Below, in pieces: positions 17,662 to 27,030 of a stretch of DNA of 64,000 nt. Location of the stretch: assembly GCA_003388555.1 (NCBI GenBank), contig QQVD01000007.1:10030-74029 (forward strand), written 5' to 3'. Source of the stretch: Acidobacteriota bacterium (lineage in GTDB: Bacteria; Acidobacteriota; Thermoanaerobaculia; Multivoradales; Multivoraceae). Every line of letters starts with the position of its first letter. The stretch's first letter is position 1. The position numbers and the translations under genes were made by a program. The notes beneath the pieces are model-generated. The model did no database searches. It was given only the letters and a program-made list of their open reading frames with translations, and was not told where the DNA came from.

Positions 17662-17916
17662 TCAGTCGCCCGAGAAGCGCTTCGCGCGAGCTACCTTCTC
17701 CAGGTCGCGGTGAAGCGCGACCAGGGCTGACAGACGCTCCTGCGGCGTTCGGCGCTGCCAGAATTCCAGATCCCAGAGCTCGGCCTCTTCGAAGCTCGTC
17801 GAGGAGTGCGTTTCGATGAGTTGCCGCCGCAGCGCGGCACGTGCTGCCCTCTCCTCCTCCGCCTCGTCGCTGACCCTGCTCTGAGAGCGGAATTCGTTCG
17901 GGGAAGTGCCTCTCAT
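17662..17916 (-). CDS. Small partner protein of the nucleotidyltransferase
   Basis: SFEEAELWDLEFWQRRTPQERL pattern, 2 bp upstream of the NTase; start uncertain. Confidence 0.65.
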   Translation of the reverse strand: MRGTSPNEFRSQSRVSDEAEEERAARAALRRQLIETHSSTSFEEAELWDLEFWQRRTPQERLSALVALHRDLEKVARAKRFSGD

Positions 17917-17932
17917 CGCCTTCGGATTCTAT

Positions 17933-18017
17933 CTCCTCGATACGCACCTCTGGCTGTGGATGCAGGGGGAGCCGGAAGTTACTCGAAGCACACGACCGAG
18001 AAGGTGCTCCTCGATTC
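17933..18017 (+). pseudogene. Degenerate 5' remnant of a vapC paralogue
   Basis: LLDTHLWLWMQGEPE/YSKHTTEKVLLDS aligns with LLDTHVWLWMQVEPERFSRDTTEEILLDS of 16161-16553. Confidence 0.8.
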
Positions 18018-18061
18018 GCCCTCTCTTGATTCGGAGGAGGACGCAGCAAACGGGAGATCCC

Positions 18062-18928
18062 TCACTCCATCGACGAGCTGGTCGGCAGCCAGAGGTCGCC
18101 CTGGCGGGTCATCGTGACCTCGCCCTTCACCGGCTCTCCCTCCATCGTGCCGACGATGCGCAGCACGGCTTCGTCGCCGGAGATCGATCCGCTGACGATC
18201 TCGACGTCCTGCGGCGTCATCAGCGCCATCAGCTCGAGCGACTCGGCGGCGTCGGGCTCGTCGAGCATGGCGGCCATCTCGGCCGGGACCAGGGCGCGGA
18301 TGCGCTCGAGGTCTCCGGAGTGGATGGCCTGCGTCCAGCGCAGGTAGGACTCGCCCGGCGCGCCGCCGCCCTCGGGCAACGGGTCGCCGATCGGCGCCGA
18401 GGGGTCGACCAGCGGAGCGTGGAAGGCGAGGTCGTAAAAGTACCGGTCGTCGAAGAACTCCTGCTCCTCGGGCAGGTGGATCCTGCCGATCCAGGCGTCG
18501 CCGTCGCGCGAGGTGATCTCGAGCGTCGGCGTGGTGCCGCCGGAGAGGCTGCCGCTGTCGACGCGGAGAGTGTTGGAGAGCACCTCGAGCGCCGGCTCGT
18601 CGCCGAACTCCGAGGTCCAGGTGATGCCGATGGTGAGCGACGGATCGTGGAACGGATCGTCGATCTCGCGCGGCGCCACGGGCTCGGCGGTGAGCACCAG
18701 GGTCCACGTGGGATCGTTCTCGTCGTAGAAGCCCTTCTCCTCGGCGTAGATGGCGGCGTACGCGATCGCCAGATCGTTGCCGTTGAAGGTCGCGGTGCCC
18801 TTGGCGGTCCCGGGCTCCTGGGCGAGCGCCGGCGCAGCCGCGACGAACAGCAGCAGGGGAACGAGCGCGAGGAGGACGAGGCGCGGGCAGCGGGCGAGAG
18901 GGGAGGAGAGGAATCGGGGTCTTGGCAC
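18062..18928 (-). CDS. Secreted acidic hypothetical protein
   Basis: Signal peptide ..LLALVPLLLFVAAAPALA; strong GC3 codon usage; AAGGAG RBS upstream. Confidence 0.8.
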   Translation of the reverse strand: MPRPRFLSSPLARCPRLVLLALVPLLLFVAAAPALAQEPGTAKGTATFNGNDLAIAYAAIYAEEKGFYDENDPTWTLVLTAEPVAPREIDDPFHDPSLTIGITWTSEFGDEPALEVLSNTLRVDSGSLSGGTTPTLEITSRDGDAWIGRIHLPEEQEFFDDRYFYDLAFHAPLVDPSAPIGDPLPEGGGAPGESYLRWTQAIHSGDLERIRALVPAEMAAMLDEPDAAESLELMALMTPQDVEIVSGSISGDEAVLRIVGTMEGEPVKGEVTMTRQGDLWLPTSSSME

Positions 18929-19242
18929 AGGGTGTCTCCTTGGGACGTGGTCGTCGAAGTGCTTGCCTCGGGTCGTGCCGCGCGAAGGCGGCCGGTGTGC
19001 GACGTCCGGGGGTATGCGTCGTCGCGGGGTCTCTTGCTGGACGAGCCGAGTATCCCGCGCCGAGCACCGTAGCGTCTCGTCCAGACGGCGGCGAAGGGCT
19101 CGAGAGTCGCTGGGGTGCCGGTGTCGAGGAGATCAACGAGGACCGCGGCCGGAACCGGGCGGGGCTCAGGCGGGCGTCGGCTCGGTGCCCTCGAGGACGG
19201 GTCGGTCGGCCGGGCTTCGCGGACGAGGTGTGTTCGCCGCTC

Positions 19243-19288
19243 GTGACACCCCCACCCTGCCCTCCCCCTGCAGGGGGAGGGTTGGGGA
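19243..19288 (-). repeat. Palindromic intergenic repeat (family A), copy 3
   Basis: GACACCCCCACCCTGCCCTCCCCCTGCAGGGGGAGGG. Confidence 0.8.
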
Positions 19289-19451
19289 TGGCGGACACTC
19301 TCGCTGCACCCTCCGATGCCAGGGCTCAGATGGCGAACATCCACCCGCCCAAACCCCGTACCAGAGCGGAGCCTGAGGTCTCGGGGACCAAAGAGGCATT
19401 CGCCCTGCCGCGTGTTTGCAGCCATCGGCTGACCCTGGAGAGAGTACACCG

Positions 19452-19901
19452 ATGCAGCAGATCGTCAGGACCAGCCGGCTCGCCGCCCCGAGCGACGTCG
19501 TGTGGCGTCACGCCGCCAGTCCGCAGGGCGTCAACCGTGAGCTGGCGCCCTTCCTGCGGATGACCTTCCCGCCGGATTTTGACGACCTGACCAGCTCGTG
19601 GCAGCCGGGCGAGCGCCTCTTCCGAGCCTGGATCCTCCTGCTGGGGATCCTGCCGGTCGAGTACGACGACCTAGCCTTCGTCGAGGTCGAGGAGGGGAGG
19701 CGCTTCCTCGAGCGCTCCGAGCTGCTGACCCAGAGGATCTGGGAGCACGAGCGGATCGTGGAAGCCGCTGGCGCAGGATGCACGTTGACCGATCGGGTGC
19801 GCTTCGAGCCCCGGGTCCGCTGGCTGGGTCCGCTGGCGCGGAGGATCGTCGCTGCGCTCTTCGCCTGGCGTCACCGCAGACTGAGGCGCCTCTTCGGCTG
19901 A
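19452..19901 (+). CDS. SRPBCC/START-like ligand-binding protein
   Basis: GVNRELAPFLRMT..WEHERIVE..CTLTDRVRF..LFAWRHRRL. Confidence 0.75.
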   Translation: MQQIVRTSRLAAPSDVVWRHAASPQGVNRELAPFLRMTFPPDFDDLTSSWQPGERLFRAWILLLGILPVEYDDLAFVEVEEGRRFLERSELLTQRIWEHERIVEAAGAGCTLTDRVRFEPRVRWLGPLARRIVAALFAWRHRRLRRLFG

Positions 19902-20075
19902 TCGCGAGCGACGGCGCCAGGGACCGAGAGCACGCCGGGAGCGGGATCGTCGCCACCTCAGGGTGTGGCGGCCGGCCACCCAGTCGAGAGCGCTCCCTGG
20001 GTCTCTGCGCCTCCTCAGCGGGGGGTGCGTCGAGCGACAGATTCCCCTCGCGGCTCGTCCGACCCGACCCGCTCG

Positions 20076-20867
20076 TCAGGGTGGGTCAGGCGCCGACTCA
20101 CGGCACTGCGCGCCGTACGCCACCTCGTAGCTCTCCTCGTAGCAGCGGATCAGTCCGTTGACGACGTCGAGGTTGGCGGGCCAGGTGGGGGAGAAGCCGT
20201 ACTGCTTCTGCATCTGGCGCAGGGTCTCCTGCCAGCCTTCGGGCTCGGGGATCGCGACGAGCTCGGCGCGCGCCTTGGCGAGACGCCGTCGATCGCGCTC
20301 GAGGAACGCGATGGTGGCCTCGGCGTAGGCGCGCCAAGAGGGATCGGAGTGGTCGTCGAAGCTGCGGCGCATGAGCTGCGCGGCACGCTCGTTCTGCCCT
20401 TCCATGGCGCGCAGCTGGGCCTCGTGCCAGCAGAGGATGCCGAAACGCTGGGCCGGCGTGGCGGACCCGCCCGAGCGCTCCGGGTCGCCCGAGGCTGTCT
20501 CGGCGCCTGGCCCTTCACCCGCCGCTGTGCGCCCGGCGAGGGGCGCGGAGCTCTCGCCGGCCGACGCCGAGCCGCCTCGTGACGAGCCCTCGGCGCGCTC
20601 GCGGTACTCGCGGATCAGGTCGGCGGCGGCGAGGCGGCACTCGGGCCGCGCGGCGATCGGCCTCCAACCGCCTTCGAGGTCCTGGTCGAACGACTGCTGG
20701 TCGAGGGCGAGGAGCTCTTCGCGCTCGCCCGGTGCGATGCAGGGTGCGGCCGCGTCGCCCTCCGCGGGCGGCTGCGTCTCGAGCGCTGCGGCAGGGTACG
20801 CGGCGCCCGCGAGCAGAAGGGCGACGGCGAGGCTGCTGCGGACCGGGAACCGCTTCGCGATGCTCAT
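20076..20867 (-). CDS. Secreted hypothetical protein
   Basis: Signal peptide; LLALDQQSFDQDLEGGWR..WHEAQLRA..ATIAFL..PANLDVVNGLIRCY..Y. Confidence 0.75.
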   Translation of the reverse strand: MSIAKRFPVRSSLAVALLLAGAAYPAAALETQPPAEGDAAAPCIAPGEREELLALDQQSFDQDLEGGWRPIAARPECRLAAADLIREYRERAEGSSRGGSASAGESSAPLAGRTAAGEGPGAETASGDPERSGGSATPAQRFGILCWHEAQLRAMEGQNERAAQLMRRSFDDHSDPSWRAYAEATIAFLERDRRRLAKARAELVAIPEPEGWQETLRQMQKQYGFSPTWPANLDVVNGLIRCYEESYEVAYGAQCRESAPDPP

Positions 20868-20907
20868 GCTTCGTAGGCCCCACCGGTTTCCTCGGCGTCG
20901 CCGAAGA

Positions 20908-21324
20908 TCAGCCGGCCGCGTCCTCGATCTGCCCCACCGCCGCGACGAACTGATGCACCGGCTCGAGGTCGTGCAGCGCGGCGACGGCGCGCTCGAGATC
21001 GAAGGATACGTACTCGTGGAGCAGCACGTTGCGGAATCCGACGAGACGCACCAGCGACGAGACCAGCGCAGCATCGAACGGATCCAGCTGCTCGAGATTG
21101 CGCACCGACTCGGCGTAGGTGGTGAAGGAGAGCTCGCTACGCGAGGAGAGCTCGCCGGCGATGTCGATGACCAGCTGGCAGATGCTGAGGAGGGAGAAGA
21201 GCACGTCGTTGTGCAACGAGAGGTCGGCGCGCAGCGAGCCGGCGTCGGAGACGCGGTCGCGTAGCCCTTCGAGGTGGGCGAGATAGCGGCGCAGCTCGCC
21301 GAGTCGCTCGACCAGGAAGGTCAC
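20908..21324 (-). CDS. HEPN (DUF86) ribonuclease toxin, HepT-like
   Basis: GFRNVLLHEY contains the RX4H HEPN motif; overlaps the MNT stop. Confidence 0.9.
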   Translation of the reverse strand: MTFLVERLGELRRYLAHLEGLRDRVSDAGSLRADLSLHNDVLFSLLSICQLVIDIAGELSSRSELSFTTYAESVRNLEQLDPFDAALVSSLVRLVGFRNVLLHEYVSFDLERAVAALHDLEPVHQFVAAVGQIEDAAG

Positions 21325-21785
21325 GGTGACGCAGGCTCGCGGAGACGTTGCAGCAGGCGCCTGCGGTGGCGCTGCACGAAAGGCTCGAGGTCGGCCGCCA
21401 GGAGCTGGACATCGCGTCGGTAGGCGTGGGCGGCCTCGGCGTCACCGACGAAGATCCGCACGCCGCGCTGCACGACGGCGCGGCCGAAGAGCGGCGACGC
21501 CTGGTTGAGGACCACGACGTCGACCGCATCGGTGCCCAGCGCCTGCGACAGGTCGGTGATCAGCCGTAGCCGATGCTCGAAGGCCTGCTCGGAGTCGCTC
21601 GCCTCGCTCCACGGCAGCAGCACCGCGACGTCGACGTCGCTCTCCCGGTGGGAGCGTCCCTCGGCCTGGCTGCCGAAGAGGTAGGCCGCCGCGACCTCGA
21701 CCGCGGCGTCCGAGGCGAAGTAGTCGCGAAGGCGACGGACGAGCTCCGCGGTCTCCCTGCGAGGTTGGGGTTGCGGTGCAGGCAT
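21321..21785 (-). CDS. Minimal nucleotidyltransferase antitoxin, MntA-like
   Basis: YLFGSQAEGRSHRESDVDVAVL (GSX10DXD) and VDVVVLNQASP. Confidence 0.9.
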   Translation of the reverse strand: MPAPQPQPRRETAELVRRLRDYFASDAAVEVAAAYLFGSQAEGRSHRESDVDVAVLLPWSEASDSEQAFEHRLRLITDLSQALGTDAVDVVVLNQASPLFGRAVVQRGVRIFVGDAEAAHAYRRDVQLLAADLEPFVQRHRRRLLQRLREPASP

Positions 21786-21914
21786 GCGGAGAGCGTAGCG
21801 GAGGAGGCTGTCGTTGGCTCGGGCGAGGCCTTCCTGGGAGAACCCCCACAGCCCGGTCAACCGCGTCGCGGAGGGCTTGCGATCGGCTCTGGCTCTCTGA
21901 GGATCCCGCCCCAG

Positions 21915-23291
21915 TCAGCTCCGACCGGGGCCCACCACCGCGACCACCTCCACCGCGTGTGCCTTGAACACCAGCCAGACCCGTTTGCCGGGCACCAGGT
22001 CGAGGCGCACCGCGGTGCCGGCGGTGACGTGCGCGACCAGCTCGAGGCCGGAGCCGGGCTCGCGGCAGCGCAGCACGACGCCTGAGGGGCGTTCTGCGGC
22101 AGGGCGGTCGTGCGAGACCCGCTCGCCCGGCGATCGAGCTCGCAGCGGCGGCGGATCGTCGTCCACCGTGGCGGGCTCGCTGCTGGCCGCTTCGGCCGCG
22201 TCGGGGTCCGCCTCGCGGGTCTGGGAGTCGGCGCCGAGGCGCTCGACCAGGTCGGTGGCGATCACGTTGACCGCCGAGAGCAGCTCGGGCTCGCGGGTGG
22301 CGACGAGGATCTCTTCGCTGCCGATCGTCGCCGTGACCCGGTCGCCGACGGCGATGGCGCGCTCGCTGGCCGCGCCGGCCGATCGGGTGGCCGGCAGGCT
22401 GCTCTGCGGCACCACGATCTCGAGGCCCTGGCAGTCGAGGCGCACGACGTCGTCGTCGGCGGCGGTGACGACGCCCTGCACCAGGTTGTCGCTGGTGAGC
22501 ATCGGCGGCTCCCGATCGGCCCGGTGGGCGGCATCGACGTCCGAAGGCGCTGGCCCGCCGGAGGGGACCGCGGTCTCGGCTTCGTGGGCCTCGCTGGCAG
22601 CCCGCGACCTGGCGCCGCTCGGCCCTTCGGCGACGATCCGGCCGCGCTCGAGGCGCTGCACCCGCTCGCAGAGAACCAGCGCCAGCAGCGGATCGTGCGA
22701 GACCAGGATCAGCGGCACCGGGAAGCGCTCGCGCAGGCTCAGCAGGTCGCTGAGGATGCGGCGCTTGAGCGGCGGATCGAGGGCGGTGAGCGGCTCGTCG
22801 AGGAGCAGCAGGTCGGGCGCCGCGCACAGCGCCCGCGCCAGGCCGACGCGCTGGCGCTCGCCACCGGAGAGCTCGCCTGGACGGCGCTCCAGCAGCGCGT
22901 CGATCTCGAGCAGCTCGGCGAGCTCGCCGAGCCGGCGGTCGAAGTCGCCTTGCACGTCGACCCGCGCGTCGGCATCGCGGCCGGCGGCGCGCGCCAGCTC
23001 GACGTTGCCGCGCGCCGTGAGGTGGGGGAAGAGCAGCACGTCCTGCGGCAGGTAGCCGATGCGGCGCTGGCGCGGCGGCAGGTCGATGCCGGCCCGGGAG
23101 TCGAACAGGGTCCTGCCGCCGAGCACGATGCGGCCGCGGGACGGCCGGCGCCAGCCGGCGAGGGTCTCGAGCAGGCTGGTCTTGCCGGCCCCCGACGGTC
23201 CGTAGACGCCGAGCGCCGCGACCTCGCCGTGCAGCCGCCAGTGCACGGTGAACTGGCGCAGCGGCAGCTCGATCTCGCAGTCGAAGATCAT
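21915..23291 (-). CDS. modC: Molybdate ABC transporter ATP-binding protein
   Basis: GPSGAGKT, LSGGERQR, LLLDEP, TOBE domains; in operon with modB/modA. Confidence 0.88.
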   Translation of the reverse strand: MIFDCEIELPLRQFTVHWRLHGEVAALGVYGPSGAGKTSLLETLAGWRRPSRGRIVLGGRTLFDSRAGIDLPPRQRRIGYLPQDVLLFPHLTARGNVELARAAGRDADARVDVQGDFDRRLGELAELLEIDALLERRPGELSGGERQRVGLARALCAAPDLLLLDEPLTALDPPLKRRILSDLLSLRERFPVPLILVSHDPLLALVLCERVQRLERGRIVAEGPSGARSRAASEAHEAETAVPSGGPAPSDVDAAHRADREPPMLTSDNLVQGVVTAADDDVVRLDCQGLEIVVPQSSLPATRSAGAASERAIAVGDRVTATIGSEEILVATREPELLSAVNVIATDLVERLGADSQTREADPDAAEAASSEPATVDDDPPPLRARSPGERVSHDRPAAERPSGVVLRCREPGSGLELVAHVTAGTAVRLDLVPGKRVWLVFKAHAVEVVAVVGPGRS

Positions 23292-24028
23292 CGCCGCTCC
23301 TGCGCGGCTTCGGACCCGGCCGGCCCGTCGTGACCGGCAGCGCTGCGATCGCGGCGCTGCGCACGTTCTGCCGGCGGGTCGGTGAGCCGTCCGGCGGCGC
23401 TGACCAGCAGGAACGCCAGCGCCACCGCGACCGCCAGCAGCAGCAGCGCGCGGTCGTCGCGCCCCGCCTGGATCTCCTCGAACAGCGCCAGGGCGAGGGT
23501 CTGGGTGGCGCCGGGGATCGATCCTGCTACCAGGACCGTGGCGCCGAACTCGCCGAGAGCGCGCGAGAAGCCGAGCAGGCCGGCCGCCGCCAGGCCGCGC
23601 GCCGCCAGCGGCAGGGTCACCCGGCGCAGGATCGCGAGGCGGCCGAGCCCCATCGTCGCCGCCATCAGCTCGAGCCGTGGCGGCACCGCGGCGAAGGCGA
23701 CCCGCGCGGTGCGCACCACCAGCGGGAACGACATCACGCCGGCGGCCAGCGTCGCCCCCTGCCAGGTGAAGAGCAGGCCGAGGTCGAAGCCGAGGGTCTG
23801 GTTGCCGAGCGGGCCGTCGCGTCCGAGCAGCAGCAGCAGCGCCAGGCCGACGGCGGTCGGCGGCAGCACCAACGGCAGCTCGACGAAGGTCTCGACCAGG
23901 CGCCGGCCGGGGAAGCGTCGGCGCTCGAGCAGCAGGGCGGTGGCGGCGCCGAGCGGCAGCACGAAGACGGTCGCCACCGCGGCGACCTGCAGGCTGAGCC
24001 AGAGCGGCGCGAGCAGCGGTTGGGTCAT
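23288..24028 (-). CDS. modB: Molybdate ABC transporter permease
   Basis: LPLVLPPTAVG, FSRALGEFGATVLVAGSIPG. Confidence 0.92.
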   Translation of the reverse strand: MTQPLLAPLWLSLQVAAVATVFVLPLGAATALLLERRRFPGRRLVETFVELPLVLPPTAVGLALLLLLGRDGPLGNQTLGFDLGLLFTWQGATLAAGVMSFPLVVRTARVAFAAVPPRLELMAATMGLGRLAILRRVTLPLAARGLAAAGLLGFSRALGEFGATVLVAGSIPGATQTLALALFEEIQAGRDDRALLLLAVAVALAFLLVSAAGRLTDPPAERAQRRDRSAAGHDGPAGSEAAQERR

Positions 24029-25110
24029 GGCGTTCGGCGCTCCAGCGCGGTGCGGGTCGAAGCCATCGTGGCGTGGGCGTCTGGAGAGGTGGACCGGACC
24101 CGGACCGCGGCGACCCTGGCGTCGCCGTGATGGAGCGGGCGCTGGCTCGTCGACGCGGGCGGGCTCTGCGCCGACACCGGGAGCACCGTGAAGCCGTGAC
24201 GCTGGTAGACGGCGCGTGCCGACGGCCCGACCAGCGCGTCGAGCACGCGGCGCACCCGGGCCTCGTGGCGAAGCTCTTGCCGCGAGCCCCGAGCGCCCTG
24301 GGTGTCGTCGTCGCCGCTGCGGACCGGCGCCAGCGCGTAGCGGATCTCGGGGGCTCCGGGCGTCTCGGGCGGCACCCGGTGCACCACCACCAGCTCGGGG
24401 AAGAGCGCCGCGTCGGTGGCGTAGACGACGCCGAGCGGGGCGCCGCCGCTGCGCACCGCGGCGAGCGCGGCGCGCACGTCGGGGGTCGGCAGCAGGCGGT
24501 CTTCGAGATCGCTCCACGCTCCCAGCGCCTCGAGCCACTGGCGGGCGTAGCGGCCCGCCGGCACCGAGTCGGGGTTGCCGATCGCCAGACGCGCGGCGGC
24601 GCGCAGGCACGCCGACGGATCCGGGTCGCACGCGGGGCCTTCGCCCGCGTCGGCGGCGATCAGCACCAGCGCGTTGGAGAGCGGCTCGAGCACCTGAGAG
24701 GGATCGACACGCCCGGCGTCGATCAGGCGCTGCATCTCCTCGGTCGAGGCGGAGAAGAAGAGGTCGGCGCGGTCGGAGCGCTCGATCTGGCGCCGCAGCA
24801 CGCCGGACGAGGCGACGTTGAGGCGCACCTCGATCGGTGGCTCACCGTCCGCGCCGTCCGCCGCCTGCGCCGCGTCGGGGGCGAGTCCGGCGACGATCTC
24901 GCCCACCGCCTCCTGCAGGCTGGCGGCGACGAAGAGGTGCACCGGCCGGTCCGCGGGCGACGGGGCGCAGCTCGCGAGGCTCAGGGCGAGCAGCAGGACC
25001 AGCCCTGCCGTACCCGATGGCCGGGCGAGTCGGGGGTGCAGGTCGACCCGGGCGTCGATGTCTGGAAGCGCGGCGACCGGGCGATCGCCGCCGGGCATCG
25101 CCGTCACCAC
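24025..25110 (-). CDS. modA: Molybdate ABC transporter substrate-binding lipoprotein
   Basis: Lipobox LASC; AASL, ASSGVLRRQI, DLFFSA, AIGNPDSVPAGRYA, VYATDA. Confidence 0.9.
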   Translation of the reverse strand: MVTAMPGGDRPVAALPDIDARVDLHPRLARPSGTAGLVLLLALSLASCAPSPADRPVHLFVAASLQEAVGEIVAGLAPDAAQAADGADGEPPIEVRLNVASSGVLRRQIERSDRADLFFSASTEEMQRLIDAGRVDPSQVLEPLSNALVLIAADAGEGPACDPDPSACLRAAARLAIGNPDSVPAGRYARQWLEALGAWSDLEDRLLPTPDVRAALAAVRSGGAPLGVVYATDAALFPELVVVHRVPPETPGAPEIRYALAPVRSGDDDTQGARGSRQELRHEARVRRVLDALVGPSARAVYQRHGFTVLPVSAQSPPASTSQRPLHHGDARVAAVRVRSTSPDAHATMASTRTALERRTP

Positions 25111-25116
25111 GGGCTC

Positions 25117-26433
25117 CTAGCCGTCCGCTCCGGGCGTCGCTGCTGCGCCCGTCGGGCCGAGCACGCCTGCAGCGCGCAGGGCGGCGATGCGCTCGGCGTC
25201 GAAGCCGGCCTCGGCGAGCACCTCCTCGGTGTGCTCGCCGTGGTCGGCCGCGTGGCAACGGATCCCGCTCGGAGTCTTCTCGAAGCGCGCCGGCGGCCGC
25301 GCCCGCAGCATCGCACCGCCGCGCGGGTGCTCGACCCGCTCGATGGTCTCGTTGTGCCGCGCCTGATCGTCGCCGGCGAGCTCGGCGAGGCGGTTGACCT
25401 TGGCGCACGGAACGCCGTGCTCGTCGAGCAGGGCGCACACCTCGTCGGCGCTGCGCCGGGCGATCTCGCGCTCCTCCCAGTCGCGGATCTCGTCGATCGC
25501 CTGCATGCGGCCGAGCAGGGTGGCGAAGCGGGGGTCGTCGGCCAGCTCGGGACGCCCGAAGGCGTTGCACACGCCGCGGAACTCGACGTCGCTGCCGCTG
25601 ACGACGAGCACGTAGCCGTCGGACGCCCGGGAGATCCGGAACATGTCGGCGAGATCCGGCGTGCGGGTGAGCCCCGGGTCCTCGTCGCGGTCCGCGAGGC
25701 CTCGGGGCGGCAGGAAGGAGTGGTTCCACATCATGTCGCACCAGTGGAAGGCGATCGCCGCGTCGAGCATCGACAGCTCGACGTGCTGGCCGCCGGCGCC
25801 GCGCTCGCGCGCGAAGAGCGCCGCGGTGATCGCCTGCGCCGCGGTCAGCGCGGTGACCTTGTCGCAGACGATCGAGCGCACGAGATCCGGCGGCGCCTCG
25901 CCGGGCCGGTCGAGCGGGGCGTCACCGCCTGCCTCGGCCTCGCTCGCCGCCTGCATGCGGCGCTGCGGCGACTGGCCCTGCGCCCACGCCATGCCGCTGG
26001 CGGCCTGGATCAGCGGGTCGTAGACGCGGCGGCCGGCGTGCGGCCCGCTGCGCCCGAAGCCGGCGATCGAGCAGTAGACGAGGTCGGGATTGAGCGCCGC
26101 CATCGCGGCGTAGCCGATGCCCATGCGCTCGGCGGCGCCGGGACGGAAGTTCTGCACCAGCACGTCGGCGGTCGGCACCAGGTCGCGGAAGGCCTCGAGC
26201 CCCGGCGGCTGCGACAGGTCGAGCACGATGCAGCGCTTGCTGCGGTTGGCGGCGGCGAAGATCGCCGAGACGCCGCCGCGCTGGGTGCCCATCGGACGCG
26301 TCAGGTCGCCGACCGTCGGTGGCTCCACCTTGATCACGTCGGCGCCCTGCTCGGCGAGCATCATCGTCGCCAGCGGACCGGAGACGATCGCGGTGAGATC
26401 GAGGACGCGGATGCCGTCGAGGGGTCCTGGCAT
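25117..26433 (-). CDS. CaiB/BaiF family III CoA transferase
   Basis: PLDGIRVLDLT..GADVIKVEPP..NRSKR..DVLVQNFRPG..GEHTEEVL. Confidence 0.93.
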   Translation of the reverse strand: MPGPLDGIRVLDLTAIVSGPLATMMLAEQGADVIKVEPPTVGDLTRPMGTQRGGVSAIFAAANRSKRCIVLDLSQPPGLEAFRDLVPTADVLVQNFRPGAAERMGIGYAAMAALNPDLVYCSIAGFGRSGPHAGRRVYDPLIQAASGMAWAQGQSPQRRMQAASEAEAGGDAPLDRPGEAPPDLVRSIVCDKVTALTAAQAITAALFARERGAGGQHVELSMLDAAIAFHWCDMMWNHSFLPPRGLADRDEDPGLTRTPDLADMFRISRASDGYVLVVSGSDVEFRGVCNAFGRPELADDPRFATLLGRMQAIDEIRDWEEREIARRSADEVCALLDEHGVPCAKVNRLAELAGDDQARHNETIERVEHPRGGAMLRARPPARFEKTPSGIRCHAADHGEHTEEVLAEAGFDAERIAALRAAGVLGPTGAAATPGADG

Positions 26434-26568
26434 GGGGATCTCGGATCGGGTGGTCGATCGGGTGGTGGTGGGCGCCGGCGGTGGCGCGACGGAGGAGCGC
26501 GACGAGTCTAAGGGGCTTGGAGGGTGAGGCTGTCATGGGAGCCAGCGGGTGTGGCGCACATTCCCAGC

Positions 26569-27003
26569 CCCCTGAAGGAACTCGTTTCACGAGCCCCCCA
26601 CGCCGAGGCGAACCGCTGAGCCGAGCCGCAGGAGCGGCGGTGGGAGCCAGCGAGCACCGACGGTCCTTCCTCGGTCCTCCCCCTGAAGGGGAAGGAGGCG
26701 GAGGGTCGCGGGCGCGAGGCGTCCCATCGGTCGCGTCCGGTGAAGCGTCCGTCATCCCGGACTTGATCCAGGGATCCACGCTTTGCGTGAGACGGTGACG
26801 TTCGCTGGTGCGATGAGCTCGCTTCCCCAGCCTCCCGCTGAAGGAACCGCTTCATCAGACCCCCGGTGCCGAGGCGAACCGCGTGAGCCGAGCCGCAGGA
26901 GCGGCGGTGGGAGCCAGCTTTCCTCGGTCTTCCCTCTGAAGGAACTAGTTTCACGAGACCCCCCCCACCCGGCCTCCCCCTGAAGGGGGAGGGGCGGGAG
27001 GGG
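26569..27003. repeat. Composite repeat cluster: two family-A palindromes, a duplicated ~50-bp unit and a family-C element
   Basis: CCTCCCCCTGAAGGGGRAGG at 26676 and 26973; GCCGAGGCGAACCGC(G)TGAGCCGAGCCGCAGGAGCGGCGGTGGGAGCCAGC at ~26602 and ~26868; GTCATCCCGGACTTGATCCAGGGATCCACGC at ~26751. Confidence 0.85.
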
Positions 27004-27030
27004 CGCGGGTCCGATGCGCCCTCGCGGTCG

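Noticed and set aside
20908-21785. MNT-HEPN pair as part of the motif-B array
   Set aside because: Well-known TA type; no motif B copy or gene fragment flanks it, and three ordinary genes separate it from the array.
26602-26918. Duplicated ~50-bp units as CRISPR or ncRNA gene
   Set aside because: Only two copies ~270 bp apart inside a repeat mosaic; no recognisable RNA family motif.
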